This document shows positions 1 through 8,948 of a stretch of DNA of 64,000 nucleotides, in pieces. The notes beneath the pieces were generated by a model. It searched no databases. It saw only the letters and a list, made by a program, of their open reading frames with translations, and was not told where the DNA came from. The position numbers were made by a program, and so were the translations under genes. The number at the start of each line of letters is the position of its first letter. Positions within the stretch are counted from its first letter, which is position 1. The stretch is from a virus (lineage: Duplodnaviria; Caudoviricetes), in the IMG/VR virus record IMGVR_UViG_3300017700_000449, positions 6,470 to 70,469 of that record; one strand, written 5' to 3'.

Positions 1-67
1 AGGTGATCTCCTCGGCGCAAAGGTGGTGCCGGACGTGGGTGGCGTAGGTTTTCTCGGGCTGGTCCAT
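1..67 (-). CDS. 5' end of a hypothetical gene running off the left edge (MDQPEKTYATHVRHHLCAEEIT...)
   Basis: ATG at 67 on the minus strand with AGGAGA upstream; open to the window edge; candidate TTGACA at 139..134. Confidence 0.35.
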   Translation of the reverse strand, partial: MDQPEKTYATHVRHHLCAEEIT

Positions 68-162
68 GGCTGTTCTCCTGTGAGCATCGTTCCGGGTCGA
101 CCGGCGCGGAACATGCTGCCTATCCTGCGGGGTGTCAACTATCCGTATAGGTCCAGAACGGC

Positions 163-193
163 GAAAGCCCCGCCGGGGGTGGGCGGGGCTTTC
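163..193 (-). terminator. GC-rich hairpin, probable intrinsic terminator after the 282..530 gene
   Basis: 12-bp perfect stem GAAAGCCCCGCC/GGCGGGGCTTTC with 7-nt loop; U-tract weak. Confidence 0.5.
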
Positions 194-281
194 TGGAGGA
201 TACCGAGACTTCACACACTTCAGGGATCGCCCTTCTGGCAGCGAGCCTTGGGCGGAAGCTACGCCCGGTCAGGCCGATCGG

Positions 282-530
282 TCAAGTCGGGTGGATGCGA
301 CGAGTCGCGAAGGCCTTCCCGTCGTGCTCCTTCTTGTCCTCGTCTTTCACATACTCCTCGGTGATGTCGAACGTGCCCTTGGCAGGGTGGCGGAGCCAGA
401 ACGTGTGCTCGCCGGGTCCGCCGTTGTAGTTGCCCTCGATGACCGTCTCCTCAACGGAGCCGTCGTCGCTGCTCTGTCGCACGGTGGTGCGGTACTGGCC
501 GTTCGTCTTGATCGTCACGCTGGTGGTCAT
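282..530 (-). CDS. hypothetical protein (82 aa)
   Basis: Coding-like composition, GAGG SD upstream, same strand as neighbours. Confidence 0.65.
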   Translation of the reverse strand: MTTSVTIKTNGQYRTTVRQSSDDGSVEETVIEGNYNGGPGEHTFWLRHPAKGTFDITEEYVKDEDKKEHDGKAFATRRIHPT

Positions 531-608
531 GATGTTCCCTCGGGTTCAGGTTCGCTTGAGTGCGCCCCTGATATCATAATCGCTCGCGATCAGGGAAACC
601 GGTAGCGA

Positions 609-1550
609 TCAGGTGAAGCCCTTGATCACAGCGCGAGACACGCACCGACAGTTGATCAGCTCGCCGGGGTGGATCCACTGCTTGACGTCGGGGTCGTACC
701 AACCCTTCGAGACTTCATAGGGCTTGCCGCTGTTCGCCTTGTGCGTAGGGCGGGGGTGCTTGCCGCCTCCCGAGTGAACCCACAGCGCGGTGGTGATCCC
801 GAGCTCCTCCTGCCGCGCGCGGTTCATGGCCGACGTCGCCTTGTTGTTCTGGTCGCGCGCGATCAGTTGGGCCCGTCGCTTCGTGACGCCGAAGTTCTTC
901 TCCAGGGACTTCGCGAGCGGCCCGAGGTCGCGGCCGGCCTTGACCGACTGCATGACCTGGACCTCGACGTTCTTCAGGTACTGCTGCGGGATGGATTTGA
1001 TCAGGGCGACGTTCTCGCCGATCGTCGCGTTCAGCACGTCCCGCATGGCGGGCGTCATCTTGAACTCGACCGTGAAGCCGCCCTTTTTGAGTATCCGTTT
1101 CATCTGCGCGTCGGACCGCTTGTGCGCGGCCTTGGCGAAGAACTTGGCCATGTCCTCGGCCGCGCCGTCGAAGGCCTTCAGCCAGCGCTTGGCGAGCCGC
1201 CTGATCGCGAGCGTGAGGATGTTCGCCGGCATGTCATCCATCGCCAGCATCGCCTCAACGTCGGCGACAAGATCGTTCCAGGAGATCACCTCCCCCGACG
1301 ACGAGACAAACCGCTTGCTGCCGTTCGGCGGCCTGACCGAAGGATCCTCGAACAAGTCGACCGCGGCGAAGATCTCAGGCGTCGCGTCCATCGCCATGAT
1401 CGGGGTGTTCTGTCGGTACGACGCCTCCAGCCAGTACGTCACCGATTTGTTCATCTCGGCGACCAGCTTCGTCAGCCGGCGGCGGTACTCGACCTCGAGC
1501 CCGGCGTTCGGCCTGACCGGGGCCAGAGTGACCGTCTTCGGCTTCTTCAT
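609..1550 (-). CDS. phage head morphogenesis protein (MuF / SPP1 gp7-like)
   Basis: RAQLIARDQNNKAT, WVHSGGGKHPRPTH and HPGELINCRC motifs typical of MuF; lies downstream of portal. Confidence 0.9.
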   Translation of the reverse strand: MKKPKTVTLAPVRPNAGLEVEYRRRLTKLVAEMNKSVTYWLEASYRQNTPIMAMDATPEIFAAVDLFEDPSVRPPNGSKRFVSSSGEVISWNDLVADVEAMLAMDDMPANILTLAIRRLAKRWLKAFDGAAEDMAKFFAKAAHKRSDAQMKRILKKGGFTVEFKMTPAMRDVLNATIGENVALIKSIPQQYLKNVEVQVMQSVKAGRDLGPLAKSLEKNFGVTKRRAQLIARDQNNKATSAMNRARQEELGITTALWVHSGGGKHPRPTHKANSGKPYEVSKGWYDPDVKQWIHPGELINCRCVSRAVIKGFT

Positions 1551-1750
1551 CGCTGAAGCATCTCCTCGATCATCGTCATCCAGACCGCCGCCGCTTTCGT
1601 GGCGCTGATCCCGTACTTGTCGGCCGCGGCGGCTACCGCGTGCTCGGTCGGAACGTACATCGAGAGGATGACCTGCGCTGACAGCACGGGCATCGGCTTC
1701 CCCGCGTGCTCGACTATGACGCCGGCGACGCGCTTACCCATCTCGCTCAT
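1547..1750 (-). CDS. hypothetical protein (67 aa)
   Basis: ATGA overlaps with both neighbours. Confidence 0.6.
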   Translation of the reverse strand: MSEMGKRVAGVIVEHAGKPMPVLSAQVILSMYVPTEHAVAAAADKYGISATKAAAVWMTMIEEMLQR

Positions 1751-1998
1751 GGATCAAGGTCTGCCGCGCGCTGCTGCATCTCGCCGTAAACCGTGCGGAC
1801 TCGGTCGAGCCGCTCGTTCATGTCGAGGCGCGTGGCCTGCAGCGGCTTCCCGCTGTCGAGATCCCGCACCATGCGGTCGAACACATCGGCGACCGCTTTG
1901 AAGTAGGCGGCGTTCACCGCGCGCTGCAGGATCGTCTCGTTTGACATACCAGGAGCGTTGCCGCCTGATCCGCCAACTTTCAGCTCGTCATCAACCAT
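1747..1998 (-). CDS. hypothetical protein (83 aa)
   Basis: Overlap-coupled in the head operon. Confidence 0.6.
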   Translation of the reverse strand: MVDDELKVGGSGGNAPGMSNETILQRAVNAAYFKAVADVFDRMVRDLDSGKPLQATRLDMNERLDRVRTVYGEMQQRAADLDP

Positions 1999-2275
1999 TA
2001 TCGCCTCCCTGAAACGAGGCGGCCGACGAAGCCGGCGAGCCCTCCCGTTCGTCGCGCTCCCCCGGCGGGTTGTTCCCTCCGGTCATGTCGCGCAGCGCGT
2101 CGTCGAGATCCTTCATGTCCTTCTCGGCGGCGGTCAGCGAGGCTTCGTGCTTCTCGAACACGTCGTTCGCGCGGCTGTCGAACCGATCGACGCGCAGCGC
2201 GAGATCGTCCGCTCGGGCGTCGAACTTCTTTCTGGTCTCGGCCACCCGCGCGGCGAGGGCTTGGAATTTGTTCAC
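1991..2275 (-). CDS. hypothetical coiled-coil protein (94 aa)
   Basis: GTG start, helical heptad-like sequence, in operon. Confidence 0.6.
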   Translation of the reverse strand: MNKFQALAARVAETRKKFDARADDLALRVDRFDSRANDVFEKHEASLTAAEKDMKDLDDALRDMTGGNNPPGERDEREGSPASSAASFQGGDNG

Positions 2276-2278
2276 GGC

Positions 2279-2482
2279 TCAGTCCTCCAGGTCGCTGTAG
2301 TCTTCCTCGTAGGCGTCGGGCGGGACGATGTTCGGGCCCGTCTCCTCGTCGTCCTCTCCCACCTCGTTCAGGCCGTCCTCGCCCATGCCGGGGGGAGGGG
2401 CGTCCTCGGTTCGCTCGGCGAAACCCGCGAGGACCTCCTCGTCGGTCGGGACGCCTTCCTGTTTCTTCTTAGAGCCGGCCAA
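2279..2482 (-). CDS. small very acidic protein (67 aa)
   Basis: TTG start overlapping the portal-ART 3' end with GGAGG upstream; D/E-rich. Confidence 0.55.
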   Translation of the reverse strand: MAGSKKKQEGVPTDEEVLAGFAERTEDAPPPGMGEDGLNEVGEDDEETGPNIVPPDAYEEDYSDLED

Positions 2483-5400
2483 AGTTCACCTCCTCCAGGA
2501 CGATCTTGTTGTCCTTGTTCGAGACCACCTTGAAGCGCGTGCCGGCCTTGAACAGGACCTCGGCCTCGCTCGGATAGTGCGACAGCTTCGAGATGTCCCG
2601 GCCCGTCTTGCCCTTCACCTCGAACCGCGTGTTGCCTCCGAAGCCGGACGCAGTGCTGGTGCTCGTGAACCCGCGCTCCTCGATGATCATGCCGGGCTTA
2701 TACATCGCGACTTGTTCGGGCGATAGCGTCGCCCCGCGGCGGGTGACGCCCTCGTACTTCGGCATAGTTTCGAGCGCCTGGTTGAGCGAGGCGGCGAACT
2801 TGTACTGCTCCTCGGTCATCAGGCCGGCGCGCAGCTGCTTGTTTACCTCTCGATAGTACGAGCCGCTGTAGGCCATGACCTGCGCGGCGCCGCCGGGGGT
2901 CATCTTGTCGTAGGCCTTGCCGAGGGTCTTCAGCTTCTTGGCCGCGGTATTGATCAGGGCCGTCGCGTTGCCGCTGAGGATCCCGTTCAGCGCCTCGTAG
3001 TGTTCCTTGGCCTCGGGGCTGTTCAGGGACTGCTCGAAGTCGGCCGCCTCCTGCTTCGCCTTGGCCTCGGCGATCTTCTGCGACTCGCTGGCCGCGTTGG
3101 CCTGCTTGACGTAGTTCTCCGAGACCTCGAAGTTCTTCTCGACCGTCTTGTGGTGCGACTTCGCGATCGCGGCCTTCTCCGCCGGCGTGAGCAGGTTGTT
3201 CGCGGTGGCCGCGGTGCCGCCCATCTGAGCGACTGCCTTGATCTTCTCCTTGGCGATCGTCTCCGGGTTCTTCATCGCCTCAGCGCTGAAGCCCTTGGTG
3301 TTTTCGTTGAACTTGTCGAAGATTGACTTGATGTGCGTGGCCGCGGCGTCGTTCTTTGATGCGGCGACGGTCGCGGCCATGCCCGGGTTTTCCTTCAGGG
3401 CTTGCTCGGCGACCTTGGCCGTGACGGACTTCTCGGCCTTATCGTTTTTCTCGTTCTCCTTGATCGCCGGGGCGGTGGCCGAAACGTGCTCAGGGTCTAG
3501 CTTCAGATCCTTCTGCTGCTTCGTCGCGTTGTCGAACAGCTTCTCCAGCTGCTTCTTCGCTTTGTCGTCGCCCGCGGCCGCGGCGGCGTTGAAATCGTCG
3601 GACAGCTTGTTCTTCACCGCGGCGAGGGCGTGGAACAGATGGGTCTTCAGCGCGGTCTTCTGCACCTCGCCCAGGCCGTTCGCGTCGGCGCCGTCGATCA
3701 GCTTCTTCAGCATGTTCCGATAGTGAGTGCCGGACTTCGGCGCCTTGCCGAGGTAGTAGGCGGCGGTGGCCTGGAAGTCGGCCTTGTCGCCCTTGCCGGT
3801 CTCCTTCCACAGGCCGCCGAACGCGGAGACGGCCTTCTTCGTCGCCTCGCCGGCCTTGGCCTCGCCGGAGCTGCTCGACCCGCCGCCCGAGCCGAACTTG
3901 CCGTCCGGCGCGCGCGGGTGCTTCGACTCGTCCCACTTCGCCTCGTCCAGCGCTACCCGGTCAGGCGCGCCTGAGACGAGAAAAGGGACCACGCCGTCCT
4001 TCGCCGGCGCGTCCTTCCCGGCAGGAGGGTTCTTCGGGGCTTTGCCGTTGGCGGGCGGCGTGTTCTCGCCGTCGTCGCCCTCGTCGTCACCTTCGCCGCC
4101 CATCATGGGATCTTCCGGCGGTTCGGGGACGTCCTCGACGTCGATCGAGGTGTAGCCCATCTCCGGGTCGTCGGCGATGCGCCGGCGCTCCTCGAGCGGA
4201 TCCAACACGCCGCCGTCGATCAAGATCTGCCCGGTCTCGGCCTCGATCTTCTTGACCTCGGCGCGCTCCTTGTCGGACAGCGACCACAGCGGCTCGAAGG
4301 AGAACGTGATCTCGGGGTCGACCTCGTTGAACAGCGAGAGCTGGATCGCGTCGATCACCACCTTCAGCGGATCTCGGAAGATGTTCTCCTGAGCCGCGCC
4401 GATGAAGTCGTAGAAGATCCTGACCTCGGCCTCGGACGAGGCGTTCAGGCCCTTCGGCTGCAGCCCAAGGAGGATGGCCACCGGGATCGACGACACCGAC
4501 GCCATCTGCTCCTGAGCCTGCGCCTGGAGAGCGTCGAGGGTGCCGAGCGGCGTCGAGATGTTGAAGAACTCCTCTGTGTCCTTGTCCAGGACCATCGAGC
4601 CGCTGTTCGTGCGGATCAGGTTGAACAGCTCCATCCGGTCGATGATGCCGCCGTCTCCGCCCTCGCCGGCGCCCGCCTGGAGGGTCGACGCCATGTTCGT
4701 GTAGACGCCGCTGACCGAGAACGACTCGATCAGGTCGCAGACCGCCTGTCGCGTGCGCAGCCAGTTGTCGACGTAGGGCTTCGCCATCTGCGTCATGGCG
4801 AGACCGCCGAACGCGTAGGCGGGCTTCAGGATGTCCGGGACCTCGCGCCCGACCATCGTCAGGAACCGCGAGCAGTGGACCGGCGTCGCCATGACGTACC
4901 AGATCGACGGCTTGTACCAGTCGGGGGCGAGGGGGTTGGTCGAGTTGTACTGCTGCGGGTAGGCCCACATCGGCTCGACGTTGCGCACCGCGCGCAGCTC
5001 GAAGCGGGAGTTCACCTTCTGCTTGCTGACGCGACCGTTGAAGCTGATCGGCGTGACAAGCTCGGTGCTGTCGACCTTCTCGTCCTTGCGTCCGACGTCG
5101 AGGAAGATGTGGCCGCGGCCGAAGCCGCCGTCGTGCTCGGCCGCCACGCGGAAGGCGTCGCGGACCTTCAGCTCGGTCATCCGCTTCCAGATGTCCTTGA
5201 TCTTCGCGCCCTTGGCCTCGGCGCGGGCTTTCTTCTCCGCGTCGTCCAGCTCGCCGTCGACGTCGGACGTGACCTCGAGCTTGATCCACTTGCGGGTCAT
5301 CTCGGTCGCGACGCGCTCGACGATCTTGCGATACTCGGGGCGCTGCGTCAGCTCGGCGAGGTACGGGTAGCCGAGGAACGTCGTCCCTTCCGCGAACTGC

Positions 5401-5732
5401 GTCCCGCCTCCCCAGGCCCAACTGTTCAGCGCGTCGAAGCCGCCTTCGACGTTCTCGTACATCTCGTCCATGGCCAGCTTCTGGCCTTTGGGGAGGACGC
5501 CCGGCGCCGGCTGGAACGGGGTGAAGACGCTGACGCGCTGCTGCTGGTCGGTCTTGCGCTGGATCTTGCGCTTTGCGGCCGACAGCGTCTTGCTGCCGAT
5601 GTTCATCGGCGCTTTGGCTTTGGCGGTCGGCTCCTCGGCCACCGGCTGCTCGCCTCCGTCGAGGTAGGTGGTGATCCCCTTCAGGATCTCCTTGGTGGGG
5701 TCGCTCGCGCGCTTGGTGCGGTTGACCGTCAT
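2469..5732 (-). CDS. portal protein (DUF1073 / anti-CBASS Acb1-annotated family type) fused to a C-terminal ADP-ribosyltransferase domain
   Basis: N-half has GYPYLAELTQRPEYRKIVE..EMTRKW, SSIPVAILLGLQPKGLNASSE, FSFEPLW; C-terminus has YSGSYYREVNKQLR..RRG..GFTSTS..PSEAEVLFKAGTRFKV (R-STS-ExE); follows TerL. Confidence 0.9.
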   Translation of the reverse strand: MTVNRTKRASDPTKEILKGITTYLDGGEQPVAEEPTAKAKAPMNIGSKTLSAAKRKIQRKTDQQQRVSVFTPFQPAPGVLPKGQKLAMDEMYENVEGGFDALNSWAWGGGTQFAEGTTFLGYPYLAELTQRPEYRKIVERVATEMTRKWIKLEVTSDVDGELDDAEKKARAEAKGAKIKDIWKRMTELKVRDAFRVAAEHDGGFGRGHIFLDVGRKDEKVDSTELVTPISFNGRVSKQKVNSRFELRAVRNVEPMWAYPQQYNSTNPLAPDWYKPSIWYVMATPVHCSRFLTMVGREVPDILKPAYAFGGLAMTQMAKPYVDNWLRTRQAVCDLIESFSVSGVYTNMASTLQAGAGEGGDGGIIDRMELFNLIRTNSGSMVLDKDTEEFFNISTPLGTLDALQAQAQEQMASVSSIPVAILLGLQPKGLNASSEAEVRIFYDFIGAAQENIFRDPLKVVIDAIQLSLFNEVDPEITFSFEPLWSLSDKERAEVKKIEAETGQILIDGGVLDPLEERRRIADDPEMGYTSIDVEDVPEPPEDPMMGGEGDDEGDDGENTPPANGKAPKNPPAGKDAPAKDGVVPFLVSGAPDRVALDEAKWDESKHPRAPDGKFGSGGGSSSSGEAKAGEATKKAVSAFGGLWKETGKGDKADFQATAAYYLGKAPKSGTHYRNMLKKLIDGADANGLGEVQKTALKTHLFHALAAVKNKLSDDFNAAAAAGDDKAKKQLEKLFDNATKQQKDLKLDPEHVSATAPAIKENEKNDKAEKSVTAKVAEQALKENPGMAATVAASKNDAAATHIKSIFDKFNENTKGFSAEAMKNPETIAKEKIKAVAQMGGTAATANNLLTPAEKAAIAKSHHKTVEKNFEVSENYVKQANAASESQKIAEAKAKQEAADFEQSLNSPEAKEHYEALNGILSGNATALINTAAKKLKTLGKAYDKMTPGGAAQVMAYSGSYYREVNKQLRAGLMTEEQYKFAASLNQALETMPKYEGVTRRGATLSPEQVAMYKPGMIIEERGFTSTSTASGFGGNTRFEVKGKTGRDISKLSHYPSEAEVLFKAGTRFKVVSNKDNKIVLEEVNFGRL

Positions 5733-7060
5733 GACGCGCGCCGCCGGCCCATGGCGCGAGCTCGCAGGAGGACTGAACTGTTGACCTTCATCGGGAGCCT
5801 CGCGTGAGATTTGTGTTCGACAGCGAGCGCCAGCGACATGACGCAGTCGTCGTGGAACCCTTCCGGCGCGGAATATCGCACACCGGTCCTCGTATATTCA
5901 AACTCGAACTGCTCAAGCTCTTGCCTGATCGGTCCGTCGGGGAAGCCGACCTCGCCCTTCTGGATGGCGACGGCGAGGCCTTCCATCAGCCGCTGCTTGG
6001 ACGCCGCGGTGGTGGTGTAGCCCTCGTAGCGAGAGCCGGGGGTGTCTTTCTGCAGGCGTTCCAGCACGGGATCGCCAACGCCGTTTTCTTCGACGAGCGC
6101 CGGGGTTGTCTTCACGACTCCCGCGACGCCCTTGTAGATCGACTCCCAGGAGGGAGCGCCGCCGCCCGATCGGAAGAACCGACAGACGCGCCCGTAGAGG
6201 TCCAGGCCGGTCGCGACGGTGTAGTCGAGCTTGCGCGCGACGTCGATGCCGAACACGACGGGCTGCGATTCGACGATGGCGGGGAGGACGCACTTCTTGA
6301 TGTGCTGCAGGCCGAACGGGTTTCCGCCGTCGTCGGACGGCTCGGCCAGATACAGTTCCCTGAACACCGCCTCGGGTAGGAGGCGCTCGGCGTCGTCGAT
6401 CTCCTCTTGGTCGAGGACGCCCGCGGCGACGGCGTCGATCGCGGTGATCTTGTGGAAGCCGATCGACGGGTCGTCGCCTTTCTCGCCCTTGCGCGCGATC
6501 TGGTAGAACCAGTTCTTGCGGCCCTTCACGTTGCCGATCAGGCGGATCTGTCCGCGCGTGGCGGTCAGGGTCGAGCGCACGGCCCACCAGGCAGGCTCCT
6601 TGACGCGGGAGGCCTCGTCGATCACCGCGGCGTGCACGTCCTCGCCGTAGAGGCTGTCGGGCTTGTCGGCGGACTTGAACCAGATGATCGCGCCGTTGAT
6701 CAGCGTGATCGTCTTCAGCGTGAGGTTCGCGGTACCGACGTCGGGCGGGATCGCGCGCAGGCAGCGGCGGAAGGCGATGTCGGCCTGTCCGGACACCGGA
6801 GCGACCCACCAGAAGTTCTGACCCTCCCGGCCGTACAGCGCCTTCTCGAAGATCCACGCGATGCAGCCGGCTGTCTTGCCGGCCTTGGTCGAGGCCTCGA
6901 TGGCGGAGTAGCGCTTCGGGTCGAAGATCGCCGCCATCTGCTTCGGGTAGAGGTGCGGCCGCTCGTATTCGAGCAGGTAGTCGTCGATGTCGATCTCGGC
7001 GCCGACGGATCCGAACTCGGGCGGGCGCTCAATCTCGTCAACGACTTCCTCGGTCAGCAT
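5729..7060 (-). CDS. terL: terminase large subunit
   Basis: Walker A STKAGKT, Walker B AVIDEAS, nuclease motifs FGIDVARKLDYT and HDDCVMSLALA; start chosen at ATG 7060. Confidence 0.92.
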   Translation of the reverse strand: MLTEEVVDEIERPPEFGSVGAEIDIDDYLLEYERPHLYPKQMAAIFDPKRYSAIEASTKAGKTAGCIAWIFEKALYGREGQNFWWVAPVSGQADIAFRRCLRAIPPDVGTANLTLKTITLINGAIIWFKSADKPDSLYGEDVHAAVIDEASRVKEPAWWAVRSTLTATRGQIRLIGNVKGRKNWFYQIARKGEKGDDPSIGFHKITAIDAVAAGVLDQEEIDDAERLLPEAVFRELYLAEPSDDGGNPFGLQHIKKCVLPAIVESQPVVFGIDVARKLDYTVATGLDLYGRVCRFFRSGGGAPSWESIYKGVAGVVKTTPALVEENGVGDPVLERLQKDTPGSRYEGYTTTAASKQRLMEGLAVAIQKGEVGFPDGPIRQELEQFEFEYTRTGVRYSAPEGFHDDCVMSLALAVEHKSHARLPMKVNSSVLLRARAMGRRRAS

Positions 7061-7515
7061 ACACCTATCTCCCGCTCGGAAAGACGACGCATCCAACGGC
7101 GCTTAGGTTCGGTGTTCTTCGCAGGACTTCGCGGGCGGGACGGTCTGTTCCATTCTTCGCCCCTCGTTGACCCCATCTCGACAAAGCCCGCAGCTCTCAG
7201 GGACACGCCCGGTTCTTCTGGCAAAGTGTAGGTCCACGCTTCGTCGTAGCCGAGGGCCTTGGCTGCTCGGCACAGAGCGCCGTACAGCATCGAGCATGCG
7301 TTCGGGCTTCCTGTCGTCGCCACCCTGTCGATGACGATGCGCCCTGATCCTTGCCAAGCCCGGCTCGGGTTTCCTGCTATGGCTACGCCGACGCAGACAC
7401 CGTCGTCGTCGACCACTTTCGCCGCGAACAAGCCCCCGACCACGACAGGGAGGTGGCGATGCCACAGTTTCACCTGGAGCGCGGCGGCCGAAACGGTGCA
7501 GGGCGCAACACGCAT
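7054..7515 (-). CDS. XF1762-family / Mom-like GNAT-fold DNA modification protein
   Basis: WHRHLP..VGVAIAGNP..IDRVATTG..NACSMLYGA..RAAKALGY..TYTL..E.GVSLRAAGF pattern. Confidence 0.7.
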   Translation of the reverse strand: MRVAPCTVSAAALQVKLWHRHLPVVVGGLFAAKVVDDDGVCVGVAIAGNPSRAWQGSGRIVIDRVATTGSPNACSMLYGALCRAAKALGYDEAWTYTLPEEPGVSLRAAGFVEMGSTRGEEWNRPSRPRSPAKNTEPKRRWMRRLSEREIGVC

Positions 7516-7520
7516 GTCGA

Positions 7521-7961
7521 TTATTTCACCGGGGAAGTAGGTGCCGGATCAGGCAGGTTGTTCCATTCCTTGACCGTCATGACGAAGGGCGCTCGACCCG
7601 GTTTGCGCGCCATCACGTAACCGTCGCAGTGGGTCATGAACCGACCTTCGCCACCGCCCAGGTTGGGCGGGAGGACCTTGCGCAGCGGCGGGCTGACGAC
7701 GGTCACGGTGCCGGCAGCGCCTCCCTCGCGGCGGTAGATCTGGACCGCGAGGTCAGGGTCCATGCCTTGCTTCTCGGCGCCGGCGCGGATCGCGGCTTCG
7801 ACGTCCTCGGCCGCGCGACGCATCAGCGTCACCGCCTGCGCTCCGTCAGCCTCGTTCGCCGCGCGCAACAGCCTGACCGCCTCGCTAATCCTATTCTCGT
7901 TCGGTTGGTCGGTGGCGCCGTAGGGAGCGATCTTCAGACCGCCGTTCGTTCCGTCCGTCAT
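7521..7961 (-). CDS. hypothetical protein (146 aa)
   Basis: ATGA overlap with terS, coding-like. Confidence 0.65.
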   Translation of the reverse strand: MTDGTNGGLKIAPYGATDQPNENRISEAVRLLRAANEADGAQAVTLMRRAAEDVEAAIRAGAEKQGMDPDLAVQIYRREGGAAGTVTVVSPPLRKVLPPNLGGGEGRFMTHCDGYVMARKPGRAPFVMTVKEWNNLPDPAPTSPVK

Positions 7962-8479
7962 TTGCCGGTCGCTTTCTTCTTCGCCGGCGTCGCCTTCTTC
8001 GGCTGCGGCATGGGGATGACCTGTCCGTCGATAACGCGGCCGGCGTGGCGAGATCCCTCGAACACGTCGAGCGTGAAGCGTTTCTTTCTCGGCAAGCCGG
8101 CGCCTGGTGCTGCAGCTGGCGCCGGCACGTTAATCGCGCGGAACGACGGGCGCTCGTACGGGATCAGGTCGGCAGCGACCTTCACCGTCAACCGCGCCCA
8201 CTTCTCGAACTTGTGTTCGTCGGGATCTCGACCTGCCGGGACAGGCGCGCCTTTCGGTAGCGGCTGGTGGTAGGCGGCCATGCCGGCGAACAGTTCCATG
8301 AACTCGCGCAGGACCTCCTCAGACATCTTCCGACCGGGCTCGCCCTTGACGGCTGCCGCCGCGCGGTCAGCGTCTTCGACGATGCGACGCGCCAGCATCT
8401 CGGCGTGATCTGTCGCTTTGTTCGGCGTGCCGAGTTTGCGACCACCGCGACGCTCTCCGGGTTTGGAACCTGACGGCAT
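7958..8479 (-). CDS. probable terminase small subunit
   Basis: N-terminal GSKPGERRGGRKLGTPNK motif typical of TerS, A..LIPYERP motif; upstream of TerL. Confidence 0.7.
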   Translation of the reverse strand: MPSGSKPGERRGGRKLGTPNKATDHAEMLARRIVEDADRAAAAVKGEPGRKMSEEVLREFMELFAGMAAYHQPLPKGAPVPAGRDPDEHKFEKWARLTVKVAADLIPYERPSFRAINVPAPAAAPGAGLPRKKRFTLDVFEGSRHAGRVIDGQVIPMPQPKKATPAKKKATGK

Positions 8480-8530
8480 CAGCCCCCCTGAGATTTTCTG
8501 GGAAATAGCAAAGTAGGGCGCGCAGCACGT

Positions 8531-8707
8531 TCAGCCATTGGAACCCCGGAATGTTTTCCGAGCGAGGGAACTGATGAAGTGTCGGTTTGGTGCCGCCATG
8601 ACATGGTTGACGTAGACGCGGTCTGAAAGGGCGATGTGGGTTTTGGGGAACAGTCGGGCGTAGCGCGCCGATGGGCGGCGCTTCGACGTCGTCTTGCGGC
8701 TTGGCAT
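8531..8707 (-). CDS. small basic hypothetical protein (58 aa)
   Basis: GGAG SD before ATG 8707; on the operon strand. Confidence 0.35.
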   Translation of the reverse strand: MPSRKTTSKRRPSARYARLFPKTHIALSDRVYVNHVMAAPNRHFISSLARKTFRGSNG

Positions 8708-8837
8708 TGCTTGCTCCGTGCGTTCGGCTTGGGACCGTCTCACTCCTACGCGGCGGGCTCCGCCCGCGCAATGGGGGAGGGCTTCGCCTCGCAGAGCCAA
8801 GGCTCAGGGTTGGGTGGTTGGCTTACAGGGCATCTGC

Positions 8838-8919
8838 GCACGGTCAGGCGTTTCGGGGGTGCGATTCCAGGGCGGTCGAGCAGGGCCGATCAAATAGAAT
8901 ACGGATGCACGGTCAGGCG
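8838..8919. repeat. 13-bp direct repeat GCACGGTCAGGCG x2
   Basis: Identical copies at 8838..8850 and 8907..8919 in an intergenic region. Confidence 0.75.
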
Positions 8920-8948
8920 GTTAAGGGGTGTGAATCAAATGGGCGCAA

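Noticed and set aside
200-282. tRNA or known ribozyme in the intergenic hairpins (also 14340..14575 and 36860..36960)
   Set aside because: No cloverleaf or T-loop GTTCGA context, and no hammerhead, twister or pistol core found by eye
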